Source: Verrucomicrobiota bacterium (lineage in GTDB: Bacteria; Verrucomicrobiota; Verrucomicrobiia; Opitutales; Cerasicoccaceae). From it: a stretch of 64,000 nucleotides of DNA. Both the position numbers and the translations under genes were made by a program. This document shows, piece by piece, positions 19,349 through 29,468 of this stretch. The notes under the pieces are model-generated. The model made no database searches. It saw only the letters and a list, made by a program, of their open reading frames with translations, and had not been told where the DNA came from. Positions within the stretch are counted from its first letter, which is position 1; the number at the start of each line of letters is the position of its first letter. The stretch is taken from NCBI GenBank assembly GCA_039818205.1, contig JBCBUK010000002.1, positions 288,001-352,000 of the forward strand, given 5' to 3'.

Positions 19349-20538
19349 CCGGAAATCAGGATAGTTCAGGTGTTGCTACAAAAGTGGCTCTTTTGACTCA
19401 TTGTCTGGATCGTTCTGCAGGGGGGCTGTATTTTAGTGTTCCTGCGCTGGGCCGAGCTCTATCTCGCAACGATGGTTGCAAGATATCTGTGTTTGCCCCG
19501 GGTAGCTACACGGAGCAAACGATGGAGCATTGGCGGCCCCTTCAAACGCTTGCGCATCCTGTTCGTGGGCCAAAGGATTATCTTTTTGCTCCGGGGATGG
19601 AGAAAAGCCTGCGCCGTTTTTCTCCGCAGGTGATTCATTTGAACGGGATTTGGACGTATAATTCACGGGTTGTGAACAAGCTTTCTAACCGCTACCGCAT
19701 CCCATTCATCATTAGCCCGCGTGGTATGTTGAGCGATTGGGCCCTAACGGTTTCCGCCTGGAAGAAGTGGATAATGGGTAACCTTCATGAGAAGCGTTTC
19801 CTGAAGACGGCCAGCTGTATGCATGCCTTGAATCAGCAAGAGGCCAGACAGTTTCGAAAATATGGACTGGAACAACCCATTTGTGTCATTCCCAATGGCG
19901 TTGATTTACCGGTGATTGATAGTGCGACCCAAGGAAGTCGCGATGGGATACAGCGCATTCTCTATATCGGTCGTTTCCATCGGATCAAAGGGCTCACCAG
20001 TCTGATTCGTGCCTATTCTGACATCTGGAGAACGAATCCAGGTTTTCGGAAAAAGTGGCGGCTCGTGCTAGCTGGGTTTGATGACGGCGGTCACCTGGAG
20101 GATTGCCAGGAACTGGCCCGCAACAAAGAATGTTACGACGGTATCGAGTGGCCTGGAACTGTGTACGGCGAGGACAAGACAGCGTTGATCAATCAGTGCC
20201 AGTGGTTCATTTTGCCAAGCCATAGTGAGGCGATGCCGATGGCAGTCCTCGAAGCGTTTAGCTATGGATTACCGGCAATCCTATCGCGGTATTGTAACCT
20301 GCAGGATGCCTTCAACGCGAACGCTGCAATCTGTGGTAATCCTGAGGAAGATAGCATGAAGGCAGCATTGCTGAAGGCGGCTGCGATGCCAGAGACTGAA
20401 CGCAAGGCTATGGGGGGCGCGGCCAGAAAGCTGGTTGAATCAAAGTATACGTGGGATAAACAGGGCCTGGCGATGTTTGAGGTTTATGAATGGCTTCTGA
20501 ATCGCCGGGAACGACCTTCTTGTGTCGTGCTTGATTGA
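19345..20538 (+). CDS. Glycosyltransferase family 4
   Basis: 'ISPRGML', 'IPNGVD', 'GRFHRIKG' and 'PSHSEAMPMAVLEA' motifs. Confidence 0.9.
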   Translation: MTGNQDSSGVATKVALLTHCLDRSAGGLYFSVPALGRALSRNDGCKISVFAPGSYTEQTMEHWRPLQTLAHPVRGPKDYLFAPGMEKSLRRFSPQVIHLNGIWTYNSRVVNKLSNRYRIPFIISPRGMLSDWALTVSAWKKWIMGNLHEKRFLKTASCMHALNQQEARQFRKYGLEQPICVIPNGVDLPVIDSATQGSRDGIQRILYIGRFHRIKGLTSLIRAYSDIWRTNPGFRKKWRLVLAGFDDGGHLEDCQELARNKECYDGIEWPGTVYGEDKTALINQCQWFILPSHSEAMPMAVLEAFSYGLPAILSRYCNLQDAFNANAAICGNPEEDSMKAALLKAAAMPETERKAMGGAARKLVESKYTWDKQGLAMFEVYEWLLNRRERPSCVVLD

Positions 20539-20541
20539 TTT

Positions 20542-21774
20542 TTGAATTCGGTCGTGCGTTTTCTTTTTAATACCGGTGTTTACAAGCCTGCTGCGGTTTC
20601 GAGTGGACCGATCCATTCCGTGTCTGGCCTGGCTGAAAAACTTGTTAGCCGAGGTCATTCAGTCACGGTAGTCGCGAGCCTTATTGAAGGGGCATACGGT
20701 GCCGAGGTGAAATCAGGCACTCGGCGCAATATCGCAGGGGTTGATGTGATCTATTTTCGAACGGAGCCCTATATTTGGCAACGACTACCGATCCGGCGCT
20801 TAAAACGATTAAGCGTCTTTACCATGGAGCCCGCATTCTTGAAATGGCTGAACACGCTGCCAACGGATTACGACATTGTTGATTCTCAACTTGGTTTTCT
20901 GTGTAGTAATGGACCCCTGTCCAAGTGGGCGAAAAAGAACCGAATCGGTTACTTCTACCATCAGCGGGGTAACCTGGATCCGATACGGTTCGGAGCGAAT
21001 TCATTGTTCAAAAAGATTTACATCAAGCTAGTTGAAGCGCGCATCCTGCGAAGGAGCAACCGCCTGGTCGCTTTGTCTCGCAAAGAAGGAGATGTGTTTG
21101 AAAAATGGGCGCCCGGCCAACCAGTCAGTATTGTTCCCAACGGGGTCCATGTTGACGATTGGAGGGATCAGGCGGTGTCCTCGGAGATAACGGCTTCAAT
21201 CGCTTCTAGGGGTGACGAACCGATGATTCTTTGGTTCAGTCGCTATAATCGACTCAAGGGACCATTTTTGTTTATTGATGCAGTTAACCAATTGAGGAAA
21301 CGGCATTCAGATTTTTTTGCGGTTATGGCGGGCACGGATGAGAACGGACTCCGCGAGGCTTGTATTGAACGTATCGATGAACTTGGTCTCAATGATGTCA
21401 TCGAAGTCTTGCCCGCGTTAGGTGGAGAAGACCGCCGCTACATTTTGCAGCGAGCCGAAATATTTGCTCTACCGACAAGTGGCGAAGGATTTTCTATGGC
21501 AATTCTCGAGGCAATGGCCACCCGTTGTGCGGTTGTGACCACCACCGAAGCAAATTTTCCAGAGCTAACGGAGAACGGTGCAGGTGAGATCGTGCCCTTG
21601 GAATCTGAGGCGTTCGCCGATGCTTTCGAAAGGCTTCTGACGAAACCCGCCATGAGGCAGTCGATGGTCGAGCAAGCCGAGCGATTAGTTTGCGATCGAT
21701 ATGATTGGGATATGATTGCCACTCAATACGAATCAATTGCAGAAACAGTTGTTGGTGAGTTGAAGTCAGCATGA
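20542..21774 (+). CDS. Glycosyltransferase family 4
   Basis: 'VPNGV' and 'PTSGEGFSMAILEAMA' motifs. TTG start; exact start uncertain. Confidence 0.88.
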   Translation: MNSVVRFLFNTGVYKPAAVSSGPIHSVSGLAEKLVSRGHSVTVVASLIEGAYGAEVKSGTRRNIAGVDVIYFRTEPYIWQRLPIRRLKRLSVFTMEPAFLKWLNTLPTDYDIVDSQLGFLCSNGPLSKWAKKNRIGYFYHQRGNLDPIRFGANSLFKKIYIKLVEARILRRSNRLVALSRKEGDVFEKWAPGQPVSIVPNGVHVDDWRDQAVSSEITASIASRGDEPMILWFSRYNRLKGPFLFIDAVNQLRKRHSDFFAVMAGTDENGLREACIERIDELGLNDVIEVLPALGGEDRRYILQRAEIFALPTSGEGFSMAILEAMATRCAVVTTTEANFPELTENGAGEIVPLESEAFADAFERLLTKPAMRQSMVEQAERLVCDRYDWDMIATQYESIAETVVGELKSA

Positions 21775-21796
21775 GGTTTTTGTCTCCAAAATCTTG

Positions 21797-23002
21797 ATGC
21801 GAATCTGGGTTGTAAATCCTTTTGATGATGTTCCTGGAGAGGGAGCGCAGCAGCGGTATCCAACTATTTGTTCTGAGCTTGCTCGCCGTGGACACGAAGT
21901 TACTTGGTGGACCTCACGATGGAGTCATCGAAGAAAGCAATGGCGTAATCTCAAATCGGATTCTGTCGACTATGAAATCGTATTGGTCGATGTCCCTGAG
22001 TATAAGAAAAATGTCAGTTTGGCACGTATACGGAATCATCGACAGTTTGCGCGCAATCTACTGGATCTTGGGCACCGCCGTATCTTGGATGATCAAGAGC
22101 CGGATTTGGTTCTTTTTAGTTGGCCGCCGGTCGAAGCTTCCGAATCAGTGCTATCTTGGCGAGAGGCCTGTGGCTGCGATGTGGTCATCGATTTGATGGA
22201 TGTCTGGCCAGACAATTTTCTTTTTCTCGCCCCGAACAACCCAGTTGCTCGATCGGTCGTGAAGCTGTTGCTCAAGCCCTGGGATGATCAGGCGAACCGT
22301 ATTTGCCAAACTGTCGATCGCGCGTCGGCGCAGTCGCATACCTTCGCTGATTTTGTCCGCAAACGCGGTGGTCCGGAGAGTGTCCACGTCTGTTATCTTG
22401 GAGGGCAGGATCGTTTTCTGGCAAAGGATTCGTTGGAGAAAAACTCGGGTGAGCTGCGCCTCGTATATATCGGTGCGCTTGGGAAGGTCTATGATCTCGA
22501 GACTCTGATTCATGGAATCGCCCAGCTCAAGATGGCTGGCCAAACCGTTTACCTAGACATCTGTGGACAAGGCGAAAAGGAGGCTGATCTGTTGTCGCAG
22601 ATCGAGCAACTTGAAGTCGGCGAGTTGGTGAGATGCCATGGTTACCTGCAAGGAGCAGACTTTTATAAGCAGCTCTCGAAAGGCGATGTCGGTGTTATTC
22701 CAATGTTCCCCGATTCCCAGGTGGCAGTCCCCTATAAAGCGGGTGATTACTTTAGCGCCGGTCTCCCGATTATCAATAGCTTGCCGGGAGAGATGCAGGA
22801 ACTATTGGAGCAGAACAACTGCGGCATTAGTTATTCGGCTGGTGATGTCGCTTCCTTCGTTGAAGGGGTTCGCGTCTATCTTAGCGATCATGACCGTTTG
22901 GTTGATGAGTCAGGCAATGCGCGTCAACTATTTACTGATCGATTTGATCGTTCGAAGACTTACTGCGATTGGGCTGAGTGGTTGGAAGGCAATGTGTCTT
23001 AA
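21797..23002 (+). CDS. Glycosyltransferase family 4
   Basis: 'MRIWVVNPFD..PGEG', 'IDLMDVWP', 'YIGALGKVYD' and 'PYKAGDYFSAGLPII' motifs. Confidence 0.88.
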   Translation: MRIWVVNPFDDVPGEGAQQRYPTICSELARRGHEVTWWTSRWSHRRKQWRNLKSDSVDYEIVLVDVPEYKKNVSLARIRNHRQFARNLLDLGHRRILDDQEPDLVLFSWPPVEASESVLSWREACGCDVVIDLMDVWPDNFLFLAPNNPVARSVVKLLLKPWDDQANRICQTVDRASAQSHTFADFVRKRGGPESVHVCYLGGQDRFLAKDSLEKNSGELRLVYIGALGKVYDLETLIHGIAQLKMAGQTVYLDICGQGEKEADLLSQIEQLEVGELVRCHGYLQGADFYKQLSKGDVGVIPMFPDSQVAVPYKAGDYFSAGLPIINSLPGEMQELLEQNNCGISYSAGDVASFVEGVRVYLSDHDRLVDESGNARQLFTDRFDRSKTYCDWAEWLEGNVS

Positions 23003-23006
23003 TAAA

Positions 23007-24020
23007 ATGGATGACGCAAACAAGGAGCTTGAAGTCAACTTCATCTACCGGACCAAGGGGATTGCCTACAGCATTGAGCGAGTTTTTGATGACGTTCGGA
23101 AGGAGCTCGGCCAAGCAGTTTCTCAAAGCGATTTTTACACGCCGTTTCGGAACCCAGGATCAAATCCCAAAAGCTTCTTTGGCAATCTCCGCGCCGCTCA
23201 GAAAGCAGCAGTTCAGGGAGTGAATCATATTACCGGGGATTGCAACTACTTGGCGCTTGGCCTTCCAAAAAAAGGCTTGGTAGTTACCGTTCATGACTGT
23301 GGGCATATTAACGTTTTGACCGGCTTAAAACGTCAGATCTTTCGGTGGCTTTGGTTTCAATTGCCAATCCACCGAGCAGAAGCAGTGACTTTTATTTCCG
23401 AGTATTCGAGACAAGATCTGGAAACGGCTCTAGGTATAAAGATCCCGAATGCGCGGGTGATACCCGATCCGGTTTCTGAGTCTTTTTTCGAGGTGGAGAA
23501 ACCGTTCCCGACCTCGATGCCTCGCATTCTCTTTATTGGTACTAAGGCAAATAAGAATTTGGAGCGCTTTGTTGAGGCGATCAATGGATTGGACGTCGAG
23601 CTTCGCATTGTCGGCCGCTTGAGTGATGACCAGAAAAATGCTTTGGAGAAGAACAAGATTCGTTATTCGCAAGTCGCCGATCTCTCCCATGCGCAAATAG
23701 TTGCTGAGTATCAAGAGGCAGATATTGTTTCGCTAGTGTCAACCTTCGAGGGCTTCGGTCTTCCAATTGTGGAAGGACAAGCGACCGGCCGTCCGGTTAT
23801 TACCTCGAATGTCTGCTCGATGCCCGATGTGGCAGGTGATGCGGCTTTATTGGTCGATCCATTTAGTGTTAGCGATATGCGAGAAGGGATCGTTCGTCTA
23901 TGTAGCGATGAGGAATTACGTGCTGATCTGGTAGAGAAAGGCCGAATCAATGTGAAGCGCTTCTCGGCAAAACGAGTCGCTGAACAGTATTTGGATCTTT
24001 ACCGTGAATTGCATCCATAA
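23007..24020 (+). CDS. Glycosyltransferase family 4
   Basis: 'VTVHDC', 'KNL' and 'STFEGFGLPIVEGQATGRPVITS'. Start trimmed to the ATG at 23007 (22992 is an alternative). Confidence 0.9.
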   Translation: MDDANKELEVNFIYRTKGIAYSIERVFDDVRKELGQAVSQSDFYTPFRNPGSNPKSFFGNLRAAQKAAVQGVNHITGDCNYLALGLPKKGLVVTVHDCGHINVLTGLKRQIFRWLWFQLPIHRAEAVTFISEYSRQDLETALGIKIPNARVIPDPVSESFFEVEKPFPTSMPRILFIGTKANKNLERFVEAINGLDVELRIVGRLSDDQKNALEKNKIRYSQVADLSHAQIVAEYQEADIVSLVSTFEGFGLPIVEGQATGRPVITSNVCSMPDVAGDAALLVDPFSVSDMREGIVRLCSDEELRADLVEKGRINVKRFSAKRVAEQYLDLYRELHP

Positions 24021-24069
24021 TCAGTTTCAACTCGTGCAGGACTTTGAACAATCTAACTAAGATACTTTG

Positions 24070-24621
24070 ATGGAGTCATCAACTACCTATCAATCAGAGT
24101 TGAGCTTGGCCAACCGGTTGGTTCGCCTGCTTTGGGGGATCGTTTCAATGGTCTTGTTCCGGCCAACGCCGCGAGTATTCCACGGATGGCGTTGCTGGTT
24201 ATTACGTTTGTTTGGTGCGAAGATTGGGCGAGGAGTAAAGATCTATGCTTCGACGCGTGTCTGGGCTCCGTGGTTGTTAACCGTTGAGGATCGGGCAATC
24301 ATTGGCGATCACGTTGATTGTTACTGTGTGGCCCCGATACTGATCAAGCAAGCTGCCGTGATCAGTCAGGGTTCGTCCCTCTGCGCTGCAACCCATGACC
24401 ATCGTAGCCGCGATTTTACCCTTATCCCCAAGCCGATAACTATTGGTCGCGAAGCTTGGGTAGCCGCACGGGCATTTGTCGGCCCTGGAGTTACGGTCGG
24501 AGACGAAGCAGTCGTCGGTGCTTGCTGTGTCGTGTTTCGAGATGTGAAACCAGGCAACGTTGTCATAGGAAATCCGTCTCGTGTTGTGGCTGAGAGCCGG
24601 TGGAAGACAAACGAAGCCTAG
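24070..24621 (+). CDS. wcaF: WcaF-like polysaccharide acetyltransferase
   Basis: 'WRCWLLRLFGAKIG', 'WAPW.L', 'SQGSSLCAATHD' and 'WVAARAFVGPGV' motifs. Confidence 0.85.
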   Translation: MESSTTYQSELSLANRLVRLLWGIVSMVLFRPTPRVFHGWRCWLLRLFGAKIGRGVKIYASTRVWAPWLLTVEDRAIIGDHVDCYCVAPILIKQAAVISQGSSLCAATHDHRSRDFTLIPKPITIGREAWVAARAFVGPGVTVGDEAVVGACCVVFRDVKPGNVVIGNPSRVVAESRWKTNEA

Positions 24622-24668
24622 GTATACAGCAAGGTCTTGATTTTCAAACTGAGCTTATAGACGATTTC

Positions 24669-25877
24669 ATGCGCTTATTAATGATCAGTCAGGTTTATGT
24701 GCCGGATCCTGCAGCGGTCGGGCAGTATATGGCGGAAGCAGCGGAGGCCCTAGCCGAACGTGGTTGGGAGGTTAAGGCATTGACCGCTGATCGTGGGTAC
24801 GACGATCCGAGCCAACGCTTTCCGTCTCGCGAAAACTTGAGAGGCGTGGATGTCCAGCGATTGCCATTCTCGTCGTTAGGCAAGCAAAGCTTGAAACAAC
24901 GCTTGGCTGGTCAGCTATCGTTTTGTTTCCAGTCGATTCTGCACGGTGTGTTTGGACCAAAGCCGGACGCGGTTCTCGTAACGACTTCGCCGCCGATGGG
25001 CGGGATCGTTGGCTGGGCAATCAGTCTCCTGCGAGGTGTTCCGCTCAAGTATTGGGTAATGGATATCAACCCCGACCAAGCATTGATATTGGGCAAAGTA
25101 TCTTCGACCTCGCCCATGACGCGGTTGCTGGAATGGGGTAATCGCAAGATCCTCGGGCGAGCCTCTGATGTTATTGTGCTCGATCGCTACATGGAGGAAA
25201 CTATGCGTCGCAAGCTTCCGGCAAGTAAGGCCCGATTTTACGCTATGCCGCCGTGGCCAATGGAAAACCGTTTGGAGCGCGTCGAACATGAAAGCAATCC
25301 GTTTCGGCAAGAGCATCAGTTGGATGGAAAGTTCGTGATAATGTATAGCGGCAATCACTCCATTGCGCACCCGCTTGATACAGTGATCGATACCGCCTAT
25401 CGGATGGGTCGTGATCCAAATATTGCGTTCCTGTTTATTGGTGGAGGCATCGGAAAAGACGAGTTGGACGAGCGCTTGAAACAGGATCATCCGGAACAGA
25501 TCGTTTCATTGCCCTATCAGCCATTTGATCGGATAAAGTTTTCATTGTCTGCCGCTGACGTCCATTTGGTATCAATGGGCCAGGAGATGGCAGGCATTGT
25601 TCATCCGTGCAAATATTACGGGGCAATGGCCTTGGGTAAGCCCATCGTGTTGCTAGGGCCACGCAACTGTCATATCGCTGACGTTTTAGAACGATATGAG
25701 TGTGGTTGGCGGGTTGATCACGGAGACCTCGAAGGGGCCGAACGGCTGTTTCGCGAGCTTGCGACTATGCCGCGTGAAGAACTTGAGCGAAAAGGAGAAG
25801 CAGGGCGCCAGGCTGTTCGAGAAGAATTAAGCCGGGACAAAATCGTTGCGGAGTTTGCGGAGGTTATTAAGTCATGA
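24669..25877 (+). CDS. Glycosyltransferase family 4 (WcaI/WbuB-like)
   Basis: 'MISQVYVPDPAAVGQ', 'TSPP', 'MDINPD', 'MYSGN' and 'PCKYYGAMA.GKP' motifs. Confidence 0.88.
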   Translation: MRLLMISQVYVPDPAAVGQYMAEAAEALAERGWEVKALTADRGYDDPSQRFPSRENLRGVDVQRLPFSSLGKQSLKQRLAGQLSFCFQSILHGVFGPKPDAVLVTTSPPMGGIVGWAISLLRGVPLKYWVMDINPDQALILGKVSSTSPMTRLLEWGNRKILGRASDVIVLDRYMEETMRRKLPASKARFYAMPPWPMENRLERVEHESNPFRQEHQLDGKFVIMYSGNHSIAHPLDTVIDTAYRMGRDPNIAFLFIGGGIGKDELDERLKQDHPEQIVSLPYQPFDRIKFSLSAADVHLVSMGQEMAGIVHPCKYYGAMALGKPIVLLGPRNCHIADVLERYECGWRVDHGDLEGAERLFRELATMPREELERKGEAGRQAVREELSRDKIVAEFAEVIKS

Positions 25878-26866
25878 TTAGTCCAGACGACATAGTATTG
25901 GTTGCAGGTGGCGGCGGGTTTATCGGTGGGCACTGGGTGAAACGCCTTCGAAACGCTGGCTTTACGCAGATTCGGGCGGTCGATTGCAAGCCCATCGACG
26001 AATGGCATCAGCGCTATGACGATGTCGAAAATATCCAGTTGGACCTTCAGCGACTGGACGCATGTGAGGATGCGGTTCGTGGGTGCCGCTCGGTTTACAA
26101 CCTAGCTGCTGACATGGGCGGAATGGGTTTCATTGAGAACAATCGAGCGCTATGCATGTTGAGTGTGCTCATCAATACGCACCTGCTTCTAGCGGCCAAG
26201 AATGCTGGCTCCAAAGAGTATTTCTACGCATCGTCTGCATGTGTTTATGCCGCGGCCAAGCAACGCGATACCAACAATCCGGGACTACGAGAAAGCGACG
26301 CCTATCCTGCAGAGCCCGAGGACGGCTACGGCTGGGAGAAATTGTTTAGCGAGCGGATGTGTCGACACTTCTATGAAGACTTCGGATTGGATGTCCGAGT
26401 GGCTCGTTTCCATAACGTCTATGGGCCTTATGGTTCCTTTGATGGAGGTCGAGAGAAAGCTCCTGCGGCAATATGCCGAAAGGTTGCCGCAGCGAAACTA
26501 AGCGGTGATCTCCAGATCGAGATTTGGGGTGACGGCGAACAAACGCGATCGTTTACCTACATCGATGATTGCGTTGAAGGTATCGACCGACTCATGAAGA
26601 GCGAAGTGGTGGATCCCATAAATTTGGGCAGTGACGAAATGGTGTCCATCAATGAGTTGGTGAGCATTGTTGAGACGATCGCAGGTGTTAAGCTGAAACG
26701 GCACTATAAGCTCGATGCACCTAAAGGAGTTCGTGGACGTTGTAGTGACAATACGATGATCCAGAGACTCCTTGGCTGGGCGCCATCGACCAAGCTATAT
26801 GATGGCCTTATGTTGACCTACGCTTGGATTGAAAACGAAATGCGCGAAGGGCACATTTCTCGATGA
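25874..26866 (+). CDS. GDP-mannose 3,5-epimerase-like SDR
   Basis: 'YNLAADMGGMGFI', 'YASSACVY', 'YGWEK', 'RFHNVYGP', 'GGREKAPAAICRK' and 'GVRGR.SDN' match the GME signature motifs. Confidence 0.8.
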   Translation: MISPDDIVLVAGGGGFIGGHWVKRLRNAGFTQIRAVDCKPIDEWHQRYDDVENIQLDLQRLDACEDAVRGCRSVYNLAADMGGMGFIENNRALCMLSVLINTHLLLAAKNAGSKEYFYASSACVYAAAKQRDTNNPGLRESDAYPAEPEDGYGWEKLFSERMCRHFYEDFGLDVRVARFHNVYGPYGSFDGGREKAPAAICRKVAAAKLSGDLQIEIWGDGEQTRSFTYIDDCVEGIDRLMKSEVVDPINLGSDEMVSINELVSIVETIAGVKLKRHYKLDAPKGVRGRCSDNTMIQRLLGWAPSTKLYDGLMLTYAWIENEMREGHISR

Positions 26867-29394
26867 TGGGAATGCCGCATCGTTGGCAATTGGGCTTTGT
26901 GTTGCTGACGGCACTAGGTTTGATTGCAGTGGCTGATGGCCGGCAACGATCAATATCGAGCAAGCCTTCGAAACGGCTAGTCATTGTTTGGAGCGAGCGT
27001 TCGATTATCGGGCCGATCTATTTTCCGGCTTCGGAGGAGGAGGACTCGCCGGTTCGATTGGCCGCCGAGGACTTCGGCCGTATTCTCGGAAAGATGTCCG
27101 GACATGCATGGCCAGTGCTGCCGGAGCCATCTGGCCAAGTATCCGACAACGGAATCTTTGTTGGCCGCACGATCCGAGCTAAAATCGACGGTGTCGGTGC
27201 TGCCGATCCCTACCGCCCTGCGACTACGCCGAAGTCGGAAGCAATCGTCGATGCGGAACGCTGGGATCGCACCGAAGTTCGGATTCGCCCGGATCGATTG
27301 GTAATCAACGGTACAACCCCCGAGGCAACTCGCGCGGGTCTTTATCGCTTTTTGAGTGAGGAAACGGATGCGATGTGGGTTCAACCCGGCCCCCATGGAG
27401 AGGCTTTGCCATCGCTACCGCGATTTTCCCTTCGCCAAGGAGACCGTGTATACACGCCCGATTTTCTTGATCGCCGTTTTCTACTTGGTGGCCGATTGAA
27501 TGCCGATCGCAGCGATGACCAATGGGCAATTCGCAACAGCGCTAGTCGACACCTGGAGTTTAACCATAATCTTTTTCGAGTTTTCACACCAGAGGCGATG
27601 GCGGCGGAGGTCGAATGGCGAGGGGAGCGATTTGGAGAAGTGCCAGCTCCCGAGGCATTTAGTGCTGTTGGTCATCATCCCGATTTTCTAAATCCAGAGG
27701 TGGTTGGTGCCACCGTCGACCATATCTCTGCGAGAATGCGAGCATTTCCGAACCAGCTGAGCTTTTCTCTCGGAACGAATGATTCGACTTTTTACGATCA
27801 CTCGCAAAGGACTCAGGATTTTCTGATGCCCTGGGAATACTATCGAGGTAAACCCAACTATTCGAAACTCGTCTTTAGCTTTTCCGATGCAGTTGCTCAG
27901 GGAATTGAGACAGCGAGTGAAGATGCGGCCATAGGAAATCGCTTTGACCCGCCGGCATACTTAACCCAGTTGGCCTATATGTGGGCCGAGCAACCGCCAG
28001 ATTTTTCGCTGAATCCACGGATTATGCCTTATCTATGTTCTGATCGGAGTCAGTGGTATGATCCAGATTTCCGAAAGGAGGATATGGAACTCGTAAAAGC
28101 CTGGAGTTTGGCCGGACCAGAGATACTCGGAACCTGGGAATATTATCAGGGCCAACCGTATCTAATTCCCCGCTACTTCCCAACTATCGAGAAAGAGAGT
28201 TTAGCCTGGTTTTATAAGCACAAGGGGCGCGGAGTATTTTTCTCTGGAAAGCCTGCGTGGGGATACGATGCGCCGAAGTACTGGTTGGCAGGACAGCTCG
28301 GGTGGGATATCAGCCAAGATCATCGAGAGCTTCTCGATCACTATTTCTCGCGTGCCTATGGTCCCACCAGCGAATTTATGGCTAGGTTTTTCGCGCTGTG
28401 CGAATCAGCTTGGATGAATCAACCGGGAAAGGCTGTTTGGCTCAAATACTGGAACAATCCCGATCAGTTTGCACTTTTCCCCCGTGCGCTGCGTGATGAG
28501 ATCTCGCAGCTTTTGGATGACGCTATTTCTCAGGCCACGACTATCTCGGATGAGTCGATGAGGGAGACAATATCGGCTCGCATTGATGTGACCCGGCGTG
28601 CGTGGGCTGTCACGACTGCCGCTGCCGATCTCTACGATGCGTGGTGCGCCATCCCCTACCTAGAATGGGGGGATTTGTTTTCGGCTGAAGTTCCTACCGA
28701 GGCATTGGCAGACTTTGATAAAGCGCGTAAGGCCTGGATGGCTGTTGATAAAACACCGTTTCCCCACGCGAAGACGCTCATTAAAATTATGGGACAGCTA
28801 GACCCAGCTGCTCGATGGGAGGACACGCGATCTCCGGCCAAGTGGCAGGCAGCATTTCGCGAAGACTTCGAGCGTGAAGTGGTCGAAAATGACCTACATG
28901 GAGTCGGCCCCGAAGAAATCCCCCCCAACACCTTTCGCAACGGATGGATCATGTATTCTCTGCACGCGGAAGATTTCTCTTTTCGACGCCTGCCGAATGG
29001 CCCTGAAGGGCCTTCCCGCATCCGAGTCGCCGGCGCCGACAATGTGAATCTCTTTCGCTGGTTTGATTTTGATGCCAATCTGTCTGGTGATTTTCGGGTG
29101 ACCGCGTGGGTTCGTGGCCAGATTAGTCCTGGATCAAAAGTCAATTTGCGGCTCTTGTATATGAATGAAGATCAGAAGCTCATTGAGCCAACACGTCGCG
29201 ACCGACTTTTTCCAGGTGAGTTCCCTTCCTGGATTCAGCTCTCGGCAATGAGCACTTTGCCGGAGGACGCCTCAAGAATTGGTGTCGGATTGCGGATTGT
29301 TGAACAATTTGAAGGAGATTGGTTGGAGGTTTCGACCATTATGTTGCAATTCGACGAGTCCTCCGATTCGGTTGACGCTCGGTCGGAATACTGA
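26863..29394 (+). CDS. DUF4838-like secreted glycoside-hydrolase-fold protein with a C-terminal CBM-like domain
   Basis: Signal peptide; 'VRLAAEDF...L..MSG' and 'G......GLYRFL' (GH20/GH67-like N-domain); 'SLGTNDS', 'QLAY', 'YW...QL.WD'; C-terminal beta-rich region. Confidence 0.65.
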   Translation: MMGMPHRWQLGFVLLTALGLIAVADGRQRSISSKPSKRLVIVWSERSIIGPIYFPASEEEDSPVRLAAEDFGRILGKMSGHAWPVLPEPSGQVSDNGIFVGRTIRAKIDGVGAADPYRPATTPKSEAIVDAERWDRTEVRIRPDRLVINGTTPEATRAGLYRFLSEETDAMWVQPGPHGEALPSLPRFSLRQGDRVYTPDFLDRRFLLGGRLNADRSDDQWAIRNSASRHLEFNHNLFRVFTPEAMAAEVEWRGERFGEVPAPEAFSAVGHHPDFLNPEVVGATVDHISARMRAFPNQLSFSLGTNDSTFYDHSQRTQDFLMPWEYYRGKPNYSKLVFSFSDAVAQGIETASEDAAIGNRFDPPAYLTQLAYMWAEQPPDFSLNPRIMPYLCSDRSQWYDPDFRKEDMELVKAWSLAGPEILGTWEYYQGQPYLIPRYFPTIEKESLAWFYKHKGRGVFFSGKPAWGYDAPKYWLAGQLGWDISQDHRELLDHYFSRAYGPTSEFMARFFALCESAWMNQPGKAVWLKYWNNPDQFALFPRALRDEISQLLDDAISQATTISDESMRETISARIDVTRRAWAVTTAAADLYDAWCAIPYLEWGDLFSAEVPTEALADFDKARKAWMAVDKTPFPHAKTLIKIMGQLDPAARWEDTRSPAKWQAAFREDFEREVVENDLHGVGPEEIPPNTFRNGWIMYSLHAEDFSFRRLPNGPEGPSRIRVAGADNVNLFRWFDFDANLSGDFRVTAWVRGQISPGSKVNLRLLYMNEDQKLIEPTRRDRLFPGEFPSWIQLSAMSTLPEDASRIGVGLRIVEQFEGDWLEVSTIMLQFDESSDSVDARSEY

Positions 29395-29468
29395 GTTTCC
29401 GCTTGCTAGTACCTCCTCCGCCAAGCTATTCCAGTCCCTCTTACCATTTCCTACGCGAGCAAATATCA

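Noticed and set aside
22638..22991. Long 5' extension of the GT4 ORF overlapping the previous GT (possible frameshift or fusion)
   Set aside because: The upstream GT is complete in its own frame and the extension is not protein-like; a start at 22992 or 23007 suffices.
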